Shown: positions 11,901 through 24,377 of the stretch, piece after piece
Position numbering within the stretch: the stretch's first letter is position 1
Layout of the letters: every line of letters begins with the position of its first letter
NCBI RefSeq assembly: GCF_037042905.1
Contig: NW_026974140.1
Span: forward strand, 496,001-558,000
DNA from: Lytechinus pictus
Taxonomy: Eukaryota
Length of the DNA: 62,000 bases
Direction: 5' to 3'
Program-made: the position numbers and the translations under genes
The notes under the pieces: generated by a model
What the model was told of the DNA's origin: nothing
What the model saw: only the letters and a program-made list of their open reading frames with translations
Database searches by the model: none

Positions 11901-14900
11901 TTAATGTTCAGGCGCGGGTAAGATTTTTTTTTTAAATCACACTGAGCCCGATCTTTTTTTCATCTTTTTTCATACAAAAACCCTGATAGACATGTGGTTA
12001 AATAAGCATTAACTGGATTCATGCTTTCGGCAAAATAACCTTTGTTCATGTTCATCGCGAGTAAGAACATTTAACTGTTCAGTGTTGGCATCACAGCGAT
12101 GAAGGGGGGGGGGGGCGGGCGGAATTTTTTTATCCACAAAAGGCATGACCCGCGATCAGCCGCTCAAATCTGATTTTTGTTTTGTTTGAAGGGGTAGTCC
12201 TATTGTCAATTCTAAGCTTTATTCTTATAAATCAAAATAAATCTAACATAGTCTCATAAGCCTTTTTTAAATAGTGCGAGCGCGAGGCGCGATATATTTC
12301 TTAAATTATTATTTCATGTATTTTGTCCTAAAGTGGCATTCTGGCAATGTTTGTCATCCTAAACGAGATGAATAAAATGAGTTTTGATCATTCTGATAAA
12401 AATGGAACTGTTAACGGCTGCTTGTAATATCCGTAAATGAAAACGTTACATATTTCAACAAGTTAATAATGTGAGCGCGAAGCGTGAGCTGAAAATCTTG
12501 ACATTTCTACCTGAAGAATGAAAATTCTAAGCAATTTTTGTAATCATGAAAAATATAGTTATGCAAATAAGCAACTGATGCGAAGCGGAAGCGGAAAATT
12601 CGAGATTTGTATGAAAATTGTGAGTGGATATGGATCACAGTTAAAAAAAGAGCTGATATGTTTGAATATTATTACCTTAAGTTTTGACATATGACCGAGA
12701 CATTCCGCTTTAACTGCAGTGCATGGTATCATGCATCCAGAAATTGAATTAGGCGATGAATTCAAAACGTACGTATATAGCCGGGAAGGCATGCAGTTCG
12801 GATGATACAGCACTCTAAAATTAGAATAATCTCGTATTACAAACATGACAAATTTCAATTTTTGCGAAAATGCACACAAACTCAAATTAAACTTGATAAA
12901 CTATGGGGGATGATGACGTTGATATAAAAATCGCATCGACCTCGGTATGCAATCATGATTGATACTGCATCGGACTTGGCAACCAGCAAAAACTTTTCCA
13001 TAATTAGATAAAGGCCATCCATTCTCCCTCTTCTTAATTTTGTTTGAAAACTGAAATATAATCTATGTATTTCAGGATCATGATATAAAAATCCTTTTAT
13101 AACAAACATGATAAGGAAAAATGTGTCTCATGTTATACATGGTTCATTATACCGCAAAATATACCAATCATCTTCATTTGTTATAATTTGATCATCAACA
13201 TTTTCACTTATATTATTATTCGTATTATCATGTCCGTTAATATCACTTCATTGTTATTATTATCATTATCATCATCACTGTTATTATCATTATCATCATC
13301 ATTCATTATCTATTTCCAATCGTTCTCCAATGTCAATTTTATATTTTCTATAATTATAAATATATGAAAGGTAATAGTAATGATTATGGTGATGCTGGTA
13401 ATCATGAACATTAGACCCGTTTTGTCAGGTATTTTATGCGATTTTACGTGCTAATTGCTACTCGATGGTGGTGAAAGAAATCTTTTAAATAGCACAAAAG
13501 AAGTCGGGACGGTAGTTACTGTATATACGCACTTTAATACACTATAGTACAAAAGATTCCCCATCGGACCGGCCAACGGTCTTTTGAAGTAAGTTAATCT
13601 ATTGAAATTACGACTATAATCACGACAGCGGATATGGGGAACTAAAGTCTGTGCGCGTCTCTCCCATTGTTCTCTGTGGCGAACGCGCTGAGCATGCCAT
13701 TGTCAATGATTCTCTACTATACGGGTCAGTGATCTTGCTTTTTCATGATCATAGGCCTGGGCAATGACTTAGAACAGTTCGATGAGTATAATGCCCAGCA
13801 ATTAATCCTGAAAGGAAAATAATGTTCAATTCTCTTGATGGAGAAGACTATATCATGGCCCTATTTGCTTTTGCCGTTAGGCCATTAAGTGTACAAACTA
13901 ATATAAATAATAAATATATAATAATTACATTTCATCTATTTTAGAGTAATGATCTAATTTTAATATTATTCTACATAATTATCTCCCTGCAGCTTACGGC
14001 CCCATATCTTCACCCGTGAAGTATTGAATTTTTAAGCTTGAATTATTGAACATCATGGCATCCTAAATAGTATTGCAATGATGTTTACCATCACTGCAAT
14101 ATAGATAAAAACAAAGTTAATTCTACTCACATTGATTTTACTTTAGAACAAATTCACACCCCCCTTCCCGCTACAACCTTTCTCTCATTTTTATTATTTC
14201 CTTACCAAAATGATCCTAATTTCAATAACTACGATAATGACATAGATGATTTGCTGTTGACTTGACTATAATGATCCTGCTGATGATAGTGATGATAATT
14301 AACACTGATGATGGTGGTGGCGGTGGTAGTGAATGTGGCAGCCTTGATGATTATAAAATGAAAATACTGAAAGTTACGAAGGTCACACATTCAATGAATA
14401 ATACCAAGAAACATAATTTTTGATGATATAAAATTCACACACAATGTATGCTTCTTGTAGGCCTCCTATTTAATCTATTCTTATTACAAAAAACTGCAGT
14501 GTATCCGCTCATATTCCTTCTTTATGGTTTAAAGCTTTTAAGTTTATAATTATATTGGTAAATCCCGGTCAGAAAAGTTCATGTCACCATTCCATTCCCT
14601 ATTACTGTATTATATGAGCATGGCCCTAAATGATTGTGATGTGATAGGTATGAAATCAAATGTGTTTTATTGGAAAATTTAGCCCTTTTCATTTTTTTTC
14701 CCAGCGATTTGGCGACCGACCAAAATGTCTGCGTATTTTTTTCTTGTAAACCATCTATCGGGACAGACTTCACGATCTGGGTCTGAATAACATTACAACA
14801 TATACTTCGTTTGGTGCTCAAAAGATTATTTCTAAAATAGAACATCATCGAGAAATGGTGCTTGATTCGTGACATCTGAAAAAATCCGATGATCACTGCA

Positions 14901-16340
14901 CTTTTGTAACAATTTAGAATGCTTGTTGATACTCGACAAAATTCTAAAGACAAAATTACGTATCATTTATCAAAGTTAATCGAAGAGTTTTAACATGACA
15001 ATTAGAACAATGAATTAAACACTATACCCATGCAGAGAACGATCGAGATGAGAAAAAACTCGATCAGATGATGTAATATACTGATAAGCAAAGCTTGCTG
15101 ATAAAACATTATTTTGACAATTAGATTAAAGACGGCACCGCCAGTGTTTTCAAAAGTATTGGGGCTAATGGGGGCAAAGAAAATTTTTGGGGTGGGGTGA
15201 CAAAAATGGATTTAGGAAGAAATTATGAGCGTCAAAAAATTGGAAAAGATTGAGTAATTTGAAATAATCCCTCTTCAGGAAAGGGAATTCATTGAGTGGT
15301 ATAAAATGCCAATCTTGGGCGGATCAGATTTTATATCAAAATAATTTAGCCTTATTAATAATCTTTAACTCGCAAAACAGAGTAGAAAACATGTGCATAT
15401 GCAGAAAAAAACATTCCTTTCTGCAAGTAATGTTTGATCTCTGAATTTTTCAAAATTATTCTGAAACCTTAACCTGCTCTAATTAATCAGATTTTTCTTA
15501 GATTAGAAAACTCCATCACGAAGGGAAAAAAGTTATAATGGAAAGGCCGAGGTGATGTACAAGGAAAGGACAGAAACATCTGTGTTTTATCGTTATTATT
15601 TTTATTTTGTTATTTTATTTATTTATTTATTTATTTATTTATTTTCAGAAAGGGGCATTCATTGAGTAGTATAAAAATGTAAATTAATATAAAAAGTTAT
15701 GTAAATTTTTAAGTATCCGGTTTATATATTATTATAGTGAAATAAATTAAATATTATATGTATGCATTAATTCATAATCGATAGTCTACGTGTATGATCA
15801 ATATTAGGTCTAATAAAAACAAAGTAGAAAAGTTCCATGTTTATATTCCAACGTAATTTATTTGATCTGATCTATACCTGAATCGAAAGAAGATAGAGCA
15901 TCGTCGAATATTTGTATAGCACCCTGTATTAATATATAGGCCCTATATATTTATATACTACCTATTCTATTGTACAAAATCAGTTCCAGAAGGAACATTA
16001 AATATAGAAAATATTATCACCCCCACTACGTTTTGTTTTTACTTGCATTATACTTCTAAGTAGTAAAAATGAATTTTGTATCGCTTGCTTCTGCATCTAT
16101 CGATCATGGGGATCAACGGTATACTGGTCCGGTCGCGTGCTACCCTCGGCATCACACTTATTGTTCTTTAAGGATTATTATAAACGCACTATCCTGATTG
16201 GTTTATTCAGCTCATTTATCGATTAGCAGGTATAGCATCCGGGAAGATTTATGCAAATTACCCAAGAAAGCGATCCTCCCTGAAACGTTTAAATACCGCC
16301 GTATTTTATGGGCTTTCTCATATCCACTTGATGATCAGTC

Positions 16341-16967
16341 ATGGACAACTCAACCAACGAAGCGAATTCTACAAGCGACGATCTGCACTTGATGCTATCA
16401 GAGTCGGAAGAAGAAGAACACTGGGATGACGACGACATCGCCGCAACTTCCAGCCAGGTTGGCGATAGAGATGCACGAATTGCTGCCATTGAAGAAAGGA
16501 TGGTCCGAATGGAGAATCTCCTCCTTGAGCTTCATGCAGTTGTTATGAGTCGGTCTCGCCCACAACAACGGACGGCACCCCTCTTCGAAGATGTGGAAGA
16601 AGATGAGACTCAGGTAAAGATCGGAAACTGCGAGCATTCGGTGATGGTCGACAAGCAGCGATTCCAGCGGGCTGTCTCTCTCGCTACAACAGGTCGACAG
16701 TTGCTCCTCAAGTTAATGGGCATGGTATTCAACCCCGGAGAACTCGCCACCTTCAGCTTCAACGGAGATCGCAATGCCTTTCCAGAGCTTGCACCACTGG
16801 TCTCCGATAACCGCTTTCAGGCTATTCGCGGCCAGGTCGCAAAATCATATCCAGGATTCGACTCGCCAAAGAATCTGCGACGTATGAGAGAGGCCGTCAA
16901 CGGCAAATGCCGGAAAGTGCGTATGAGGAGGAGAAACTCTTCCTCTTCATCCTCATCTTCATCTTGA
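16341..16967 (+). CDS. Intronless BEN-domain protein (acidic N-terminus, coiled coil, C-terminal BEN domain, basic tail + poly-Ser), 208 aa
   Basis: ATG-to-TGA ORF in a GC-richer island. Coiled coil IAAIEERMVRMENLLLELH; BEN-like pattern LLLKLMGMVFNPGELATFSFNG...PL...RFQAIRGQV...MREAVNGKCRKVR. TATAAA at ~16178 and AATAAA at ~17058. Confidence 0.75.
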   Translation: MDNSTNEANSTSDDLHLMLSESEEEEHWDDDDIAATSSQVGDRDARIAAIEERMVRMENLLLELHAVVMSRSRPQQRTAPLFEDVEEDETQVKIGNCEHSVMVDKQRFQRAVSLATTGRQLLLKLMGMVFNPGELATFSFNGDRNAFPELAPLVSDNRFQAIRGQVAKSYPGFDSPKNLRRMREAVNGKCRKVRMRRRNSSSSSSSSS

Positions 16968-19136
16968 AGATTGAGTATAAACCAAACGGCCCTTTTCAGG
17001 GCCACCAAAACTCCAAGAAAGAATACAATGTACTTATGTAGTACACTTATGAATAACAATAAAAACAAAACCCCAACCCCTTAATTTCACTACATGTCTT
17101 TTCAATCTTTTCTCTCTAGTTTATTTTACACTTTCCCTTTTCATAAAATCATAGCGGTTGCATATAAAGAGTTTATTTGCAAGGGGTTAGGACAATTTGT
17201 CATTAAATTTTGTTACCTAGCTCTAGATGATACCAATGAAAATTTGAAACTCTTTATATGAAAATAACAATTTAATCATATAAAATAATTCCAAAAGTGA
17301 GTAAAAATCGATTTATTAGTCAACTGATTTTCTTCTGTATTAAGACATTTTAAAAAAAAATCAAAGATAATACTGTTTGTAAAAAATCAATACACGATAA
17401 CAAATTAAGATAAACATGACAAAGAGGTCAGATTTGTATGGCTGATGTAATAATGAATACATTTTATTATTTACTTATCTATTACGAACTCATTATAGAG
17501 CACTCAGCCCGGCTTTAGATTCGAAAAATAAACATCATCGTCTGCATGTAGGGTTCTACTTTTTTTTTCTTTTTCTGGGGGGGGGGGTCATGTGTTAACA
17601 ACTGTCGTCTTGAGTCGACATCATGGCCAGGGCAGCACACAACTCACTTCGCTTTTGTGTATATTTTGGGTATTCAGCATTTAAAAAATAGTAATAACGC
17701 GAATAAGCCCACAACGAAGCGTGTCTGCTATAAAGAGAAATAATAATAAAAAACCGGGCTCTGCGCTTCTCTATCAACACCATACCCTAACCTTTAGGAA
17801 AGTGTAAACAAGTTGAAAAATATAATGTGACCGTGGCATGATGCGCACAACATTGTATAGACATACATGTATATATAAAAAGAAAAAAAAAAGCTTTCTC
17901 GTGGCAACATGACAATCAAACGATCCCTTTGATGCTTATTTAAATTCCCCGCAAGCCGGATGTTGAAAATGACCCAGGCCAGCGCGCTGATGTACTCAGC
18001 TGACCCCATTGTCAAGATTTTAATAGGGAGAATACCCTATATTGTTCATGGGAGAGATGGCCCTATTCTTGAATATTTAGGAGGTGGTCCGACTGGTGGG
18101 GGATTGGTGATTGTCGGAATACTTTGATGTGTCCTCTATTTGTACTCCCCAAATCATCCCAATTTTTCGTATAGGACTACTTGGTATCAAAATAATGAAA
18201 GTCTATAACTCCACCTCTTTAATAGATTTCGTTTGAAATTTGAGAGTCATGTGACTTGAAGATGGGATGTATACAACATGATTATATCTAAACAGAAATG
18301 CGAGCACCACGCGATAAACATATGGGAAAATACTTAAGCAAATTAGGTTTCATAAAGTTATGATGAAAATATTCCCAATGTAAATATGTAAACACAGGGG
18401 CCGCGGAACGGTTTTCAAAGTGGAGGGGGGGGGGGTATGGTTGACCATGCAAAAAAATCACAATCATTATAGTCCTTTTTACGTATTTGTACATTGTTTT
18501 GGAAAAAAGTGGGGCCGGGGGGGGGGGGAAGGGGGGCTGAAGCTCCCCCGCCCGCCCTCCCCGCTTCCGAGGCCTCTGTAGCATAATTATATAATATAAA
18601 ATGATTTCTTCTCCTCCCATACATGTCCCTTGCTCTCTCCCTCTATATTCCATCTTTTCTTTTTTTTTTTTTTTTTGTAATATAAATTAACAATAATTTC
18701 TTATTTCCCACTACATTTTGTCTTCCTAGGCGCCCCCTCCACACTTTTTTTTTGCCAGCCGATTGTCCTCTCGTAGTTAAGCCACTGTTAAATATGTATG
18801 GGGAGGGGGTCAATTAAAAAAAAGATACACAAGTGATTTTGCATATAAAAACATCTCTAAGCATGTGATCGTGTGCGCTATACGGCAGACACACATCGTG
18901 CATGGTCATTGAAGCGTACGTATACACAGCGGTATGTGTATGTCGCGATCGATACGTCATCCACGCACGCGCGCACATGCTGCACGCAGTATAATTACGA
19001 GTGCTTTTCTGTACCGGTATTCATTCCGTTTGTTTTCAATAGTACGAGTATCATATCGAATCAACATTATAATTTGTCTATATACGCTACGTTCGAAATA
19101 CAAGGATAAGCCACTTTGGTGTTTGCTTTTGCAAAG

Positions 19137-19470
19137 ATGGTTGATGGACTTGGTGATCAAGAATATGACCTTCATTGGCTGTTGGGAGCTCGAGATGATG
19201 GAGACTCTGACATCGAACAACCCCTGCTACATGCAGAGAGGCCACGACCAGTACGGAAACACACGTGCCACAAACGGTATGGACGCCCCAGCGTGGATCT
19301 GGTGTTCCCGACAGTGATTGACACGGCGAGGGCTTTTGTCGAAAGCAACGGCTTTGAGGCACATCGCCGTCGTCATTTGACAACCGGCAACTGTGGCGTC
19401 AGCCTTCAGCAGATAAGAGACCATTTGTTTGCTTCCGTCCCTGGACTCAAAGATCGTTTCCCTCAACTTG
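19137..19470 (+). CDS. Zator-type DDE transposase, exon 1
   Basis: ATG at 19137; GRPSVDLVFPTVIDTARAFVESNGFEAHRRR...GVSLQQIRDHL; GTAAGG donor at 19471, phase 1. Confidence 0.8.
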
Positions 19471-20147
19471 GTAAGGAGTACAGCCTAGGTTCTAAGTTAG
19501 CTAGTTCAACCCTTACATACCTTAAGCCTAAGTTAAGGAAATTCCACAGCACAGTAGCCTAGTAGAATAAAATCCATTTTCACAAAAAAAAAAAAAAAAA
19601 TCAGGGTTGGGCTCAATTACTTTCTTCTATACTTCAGAATTGTACACAGAAGATGGTCATTGTTGGAGAAATCACTCATAAAGCTAATAATGCTAATCTT
19701 TATAAAGTTCAATAACTTTGTTATTTGTCATCTGATTATAATGAAATTTTCAACAGTTCTGTAAATTTTATTCTGTTTTTTTTTTTTTTTTTTACAGATA
19801 TGACCATCTTCAGGCTGCAGGAGTGCAGCATCCCTAGTGAAAATTAAGAATGTCATAACTTTCTGATTTTACATCATATTTTGCTGAAATTTTCAGTGTT
19901 TGTTTGATTTTCTCATTTTATTCAAATCAACTTTTTTGTTGGGGTGGATTTTTTCCCCACCTGGGCTGTAGAGTGGATGAAAAATTGCAATTTTTTATAG
20001 GCACTGACATGTATGTAGTGCTCAGTCCTGGGCTGTGGGCAGCCATGAAACATTCTTGACTGAGCCTAAATTATTATTGTTATTGTCAATTTGTGATCAA
20101 GACATTGCAGCTTGTGAATATCATGTTTTCTTTATATCTACATTCAG

Positions 20148-20371
20148 GACTGAAAACGATCCACAGATGGATGATTGCTCCGAATAAACGCAACAACGCT
20201 TCATCAGACTACAGGGGCTTGATAGACGCCAAGGTTGCCTCGAAAAAGAACAGTCGCAACGCCATGAGGGAAGATACCCACTACTGCCGGGCGAGGGCTA
20301 AGAACTCATTAGAATTGTTGGCTGATCTTGGAGAAATCAGTGCTGCCATTTCTATGGATAATAAGAATAAG
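20148..20371 (+). CDS. Zator-type DDE transposase, exon 2 (first catalytic Asp, SMDNKNK)
   Basis: CAG acceptor matches phase 1; KTIHRWMIAPNKRNNAS...DTHYC...ISMDNKNK; GT donor at 20372, phase 0. Confidence 0.85.
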
Positions 20372-20582
20372 GTGTGTACCCGTTTTGTTATATTAACTCC
20401 TTCATTGTAATATTTTCCCAGTTATTTTCTCTTCAGATTTTAATGTCTACATGAAAGCCATGTGCTATGAAATCCAAGTCTTGTATGTAGAAATTGATGC
20501 TTGTATAGATTGATAAAGTAATTTTGAAATTATACATTCTCGCTCGCTTCTATGAAGTTTAACATTTGTTTTATTAGTCACG

Positions 20583-20795
20583 AGTGGCGTACGCATAATT
20601 TTTTAAAGGGGGGGGGGGGCTCAAGCTGAATGAAATGCTGACAACCCAAAGAAAGTCTTCATCGCCAATTTTATTTCCTAACCCCTTTTTTGTTGGGGGG
20701 GGGGTTATTTCTTAGGAGGGGGTTTTAGGTGATTGGGTATCTAAAAATTTAAGGGGGGTTGAACCCCCGTAACCAACCCCCTGCGTACACCACTG
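20583..20795. mobile_element. Small hAT-like MITE in transposase intron 2
   Basis: AGTGGCGTACGCA ... TGCGTACACCACTG inverted termini. Confidence 0.55.
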
Positions 20796-21103
20796 TACAG
20801 TATGTAGATCTTTGCTCAGATTAAACATCATTTTAGGTCAGTAAAAATGGCTTGCACAATACAATCTGCAGCCTTTCCAAATGTTTTTCTTTGAAACTTT
20901 GGTTTTCAAGTGGAATTCTTAATATATGTGTGACAGTAAATCTTACCACTAGAAAACTGAGAGCACCAAGTAATAGAATAGCAATGTAAAATTGTAATGT
21001 ACCTGACTCTGGAAGGACCCATTAGTTAAATACTTAGTGAATATAAATAAAAGCAGTAGCATGCATTTATACTGATTCGGTATTTGTTTTGTTTTCATTT
21101 CAG

Positions 21104-21300
21104 GTGCACATTGGCGAAGCTACACTTGCTGTAGACAGGAGACTTCAGCCAGGGAGGTTTTTCCCTATCACTGATGCCCCGGATTACTTCGACCACGATT
21201 TTCCAAGTCCAGGGTATCTGATCACCCCTGCAGGGTACTTGGTCATGGAGCCCGGTGCGAAACAAGTCTACAAAGATGACAAGGGAAGAGAACATTTGAG
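21104..21300 (+). CDS. Zator-type DDE transposase, exon 3
   Basis: TTTCAG acceptor, phase 0; VHIG...PDYFDHDFP...LITPAGYL; GTAATT donor at 21301, phase 2. Confidence 0.87.
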
Positions 21301-22513
21301 GTAATTTAAATTCTAAGTACATATGCATCTGGCGCTGCACAGTGGCCGCCGGGCCCATGATCATTTGGGCAAAGCAAATTTTCGGAGTATTTCATTTCAT
21401 GTCTATTTCGAACAATAAATTATGGATTTATCAATTTTTTTATCATATAAAGTATCAACAAGTAATTGTTTGAATTGTGGTATGGGTGAAAGGTGCTTTT
21501 GAAAAATGAAGTGTATCGGCAGTCCCAAGGAAATTCTTAAAGTCACTCTTATGGACAGTTAAATGAAATGGCTCTCAGTCATGCCAAGGTGCATTATTAT
21601 TAATTGTACAAATACGACAAGTTTAGTTACTTGATGGCCCCAAACATTTTATTTTCTTGAATGCATTATTGTAAAATCAAATTGTAATTTTAATGCTTTT
21701 TCACTGCTGCCAACATAGTTTTAGTTTATGTCGAAAAGTTGAAATTGAATTCGCAATCTTGAAAGAGATTTAATGAATCTTTTAACATGCTAACACTTTG
21801 CTGGAGATTAGCACAATAAAACAAAATTTTATGAATATTTGGGCATTCATTTAACGGGAAGTTCACCCCGACACTTGCTTGCTTCATGATTTTTTTTTGT
21901 AAATTGAATTGCTTTCGTGTTTGATTTTGAATAAAATCATTCTGTGAAAGAAAAAACAAGTTCTCCCTGACAAAAAGATTATTGTAAAAATAGCAGAAAA
22001 GATGACACCTAAATACAGTCTAAGTTTGAATTCGGAGTCCACAGGTCAAAGGTCACAGCTGATTAAATATGGAAGTTGGTTTCCGCATGATAACTTATGA
22101 AATATTCAACAGATTATAAAAAGAATTGGGTGTGTCGGTCGATGACACCAAAATACAGACTAAGTTCGAATACGGGTTCCGCAGGTCGCAGCTATATGCA
22201 CGTTGGTTTGATGGTCTATGTTTGTTCATCATATATATGCATATTGGTTTCTGCACATATTAAGTTCAATCATATTGAATGAATTTCTGATCGTGTTGAG
22301 TGGGGGCATTTTAAATTTCTAGTTTCTGCTATTTTTACTACAAAATTTCTTCAGGGTGAACTTCCCCTTCAAGCAAATACTATGCGAGCTGTAAGACTAA
22401 AGATGATATGACTGCCTTTCATTTTTTGTTTCATTGGTATACAATTTATTGGATTCTAATTTTTTGCTTCCTATGATATGAAAGTACTAGATGATTTTTT
22501 TTTTGTCTTGCAG

Positions 22514-22678
22514 ATTTAGGAGATCAGGCACAACCCATGTTGTGAACCGCCCACCAGGTATTCCAACGACCATAGAAGCCCACATGACGGATCTGCTACC
22601 CCTACTACAGGATCTCGTCAGGAGAGGGAGAACAGCTGCTTTCCTGATCGTTGACAATGGAGCTGACTTCAATCCGCG
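22514..22678 (+). CDS. Zator-type DDE transposase, exon 4 (second catalytic Asp, IVDNGAD)
   Basis: TGCAG acceptor matches phase 2; ...HMTDLLPLL...FLIVDNGADFNPR; GTAAAT donor at 22679, phase 2. Confidence 0.87.
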
Positions 22679-22776
22679 GTAAATATTTGTCATTTAATAA
22701 CTTCCTGTTTTATAGCATAGGTACGGTAATGGGTATACCGGTACCCCCCCCCCCAAAAAAAAAAAAAAGATGATAA

Positions 22777-23253
22777 TAGGAGTGGGCTATACATGGGTCA
22801 AAAATACTTTTTTTGTCATTTTAATATGGCAATAGTTTTTATTTCCTTGTGATGTAACTCAAAATTTAATGACAATATTTTTATCTCGGGTCCGAGAAAA
22901 AAGTGTGCCAGACCAAAATCAAAATGGCCGCCCAAACCTACCCCCCCCCCCAAAAAAAAAAAAAAATTAATAAATCCACCATAACTTCTTTATTTGGTGG
23001 TCTTTTTCTCTGGTTTTGGTGTCTATTCATATGTTTTTTTTTTTTTTTTTTTTTTTTTGGTGGGGGAGGTAATTTGTTTTACTTGAAATGATTACTTAGA
23101 GTTAATAGGTGATTTTTACCTAAATTTACCCATTTTTAGACCCTCTTTTCAGAAAAAAAATATTGTCATTTCATGTTGAGATAAGGTAAAAAGAATACAC
23201 AAAAACTGTTGCCATATTAAAACCAAAACTCACCCATTAATAACCCACTCCTA
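22777..23253. mobile_element. MITE with ~110-bp TIRs in transposase intron 4
   Basis: TAGGAGTGGGCTAT ... ATAACCCACTCCTA; inner matches AATATGGCAA/TTGCCATATT and ATGACAATATTTTT/AAAAATATTGTCAT; flanks ATGATAA / ATGATAG. Confidence 0.7.
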
Positions 23254-23635
23254 ATGATAGTGATTTTTATAAATATACCGGTAAGCGATGGAAGATCCAT
23301 CAAATATTGAAATTGTTTTTAAAGCTTCTTGTTTTATTTGCGACATGAGCATCCCCATATTTGGAGCTGTTAAAACATCAACAGAATGTCATTTTACACC
23401 CGTTCTTGAAAGAAGCAAACTTAGTTTAATTGTCATCAACCATTAAATAATTTTTAGTTTATCAATTTCTTGCACGTTTTTGAACATTTCTGAACACTTT
23501 TTTGCTCTTTGTTGGCTCTTCTTAAAACTAAATTTCTCCTTTGTCGAACACAGGCTTGGCAAAGTTACATGCATTTCCTATTGCAGTGATTATACAATTA
23601 TATTTTACATGGCTTATATTCTCTTTTTTTTTCAG

Positions 23636-24377
23636 GTCTCATGTCAACCAGTACTTCTTGGGGAAAGTATGGAAGGATGCTGGACTGGATACTATGGGCG
23701 TAGTATCTTATGCTGCAGGTGACAGCAAACTGAATCCCATTGAACGTGTTTGGGGTGTGCTGACCAAGAAGCTCTGTGGGGTTTACCTCAGCGATATTCT
23801 CCCTGGTGAAAGTCGTCCTCCGAGGCAACAGCAGCTACCAGCAGGAGAGCTACAGGAGAAGGAGAAGGCAGTCTTCAACCAGGCTTTGGGCTTACTCCAA
23901 GATTATTTGGAAGGACTTGAGTTCGACGGCCATCCCATCCACACAAGACACATCACAGCACATGCCACCCATCAACCTTCTCTTCCATCTGTCCAGACAG
24001 CACTTTCTTCACTCCGACAACTCCAGCAGCACCCGCAGGTCATGGAATCTTTCTACTTCTCCTCTTCGCACCTGCGCCGGATGGATGGAATGCTTCTCTT
24101 CTCCAAATGCACTAGCACCACCTGCCTCCACTGCACACGTCATCCCATACAGCACCAAGAAGCTTACGAAGCATTCCAGAAGTTCACCACACCAGTACTA
24201 TCATCACAAGACACCTACAAGACCTACCTTCAAATGAAAGCCACCCAGCACCCTCCTCCTCCAGATGCAAGCATGCCAAGTCGTCAAGTGGATAGCCTAG
24301 GGAAATGCTCGCGGTGCCCTTGCTACCTGTTCTGTAGCAAAGCTGACAAACTTTGGCACAACAGACTTTTTCATTAA
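23636..24377 (+). CDS. Zator-type DDE transposase, exon 5 (catalytic Glu, NPIER; Cys cluster and C-terminal C2H2 finger)
   Basis: TTTTTCAG acceptor matches phase 2; YAAGDSKLNPIERVWGVLTKKLCGVYL; CTSTTCLHC; CSRCPCYLFCSKADKLWHNRLFH*. Spliced CDS = 1662 nt = 553 aa with no internal stop. Confidence 0.87.

Noticed and set aside
15275..15680. GGG(A/GC)ATTCATTGAGT(G/A)GTATAA direct repeat as a possible Zator TIR
   Set aside because: Both copies are in the same orientation and I found no inverted partner downstream of the transposase.
19471..19562. Read-through tail of ORF 19116-19562 and upstream extensions of ORFs 20093, 22491 and 23541
   Set aside because: Intronic; consensus splice sites with matching phases define the exon limits.
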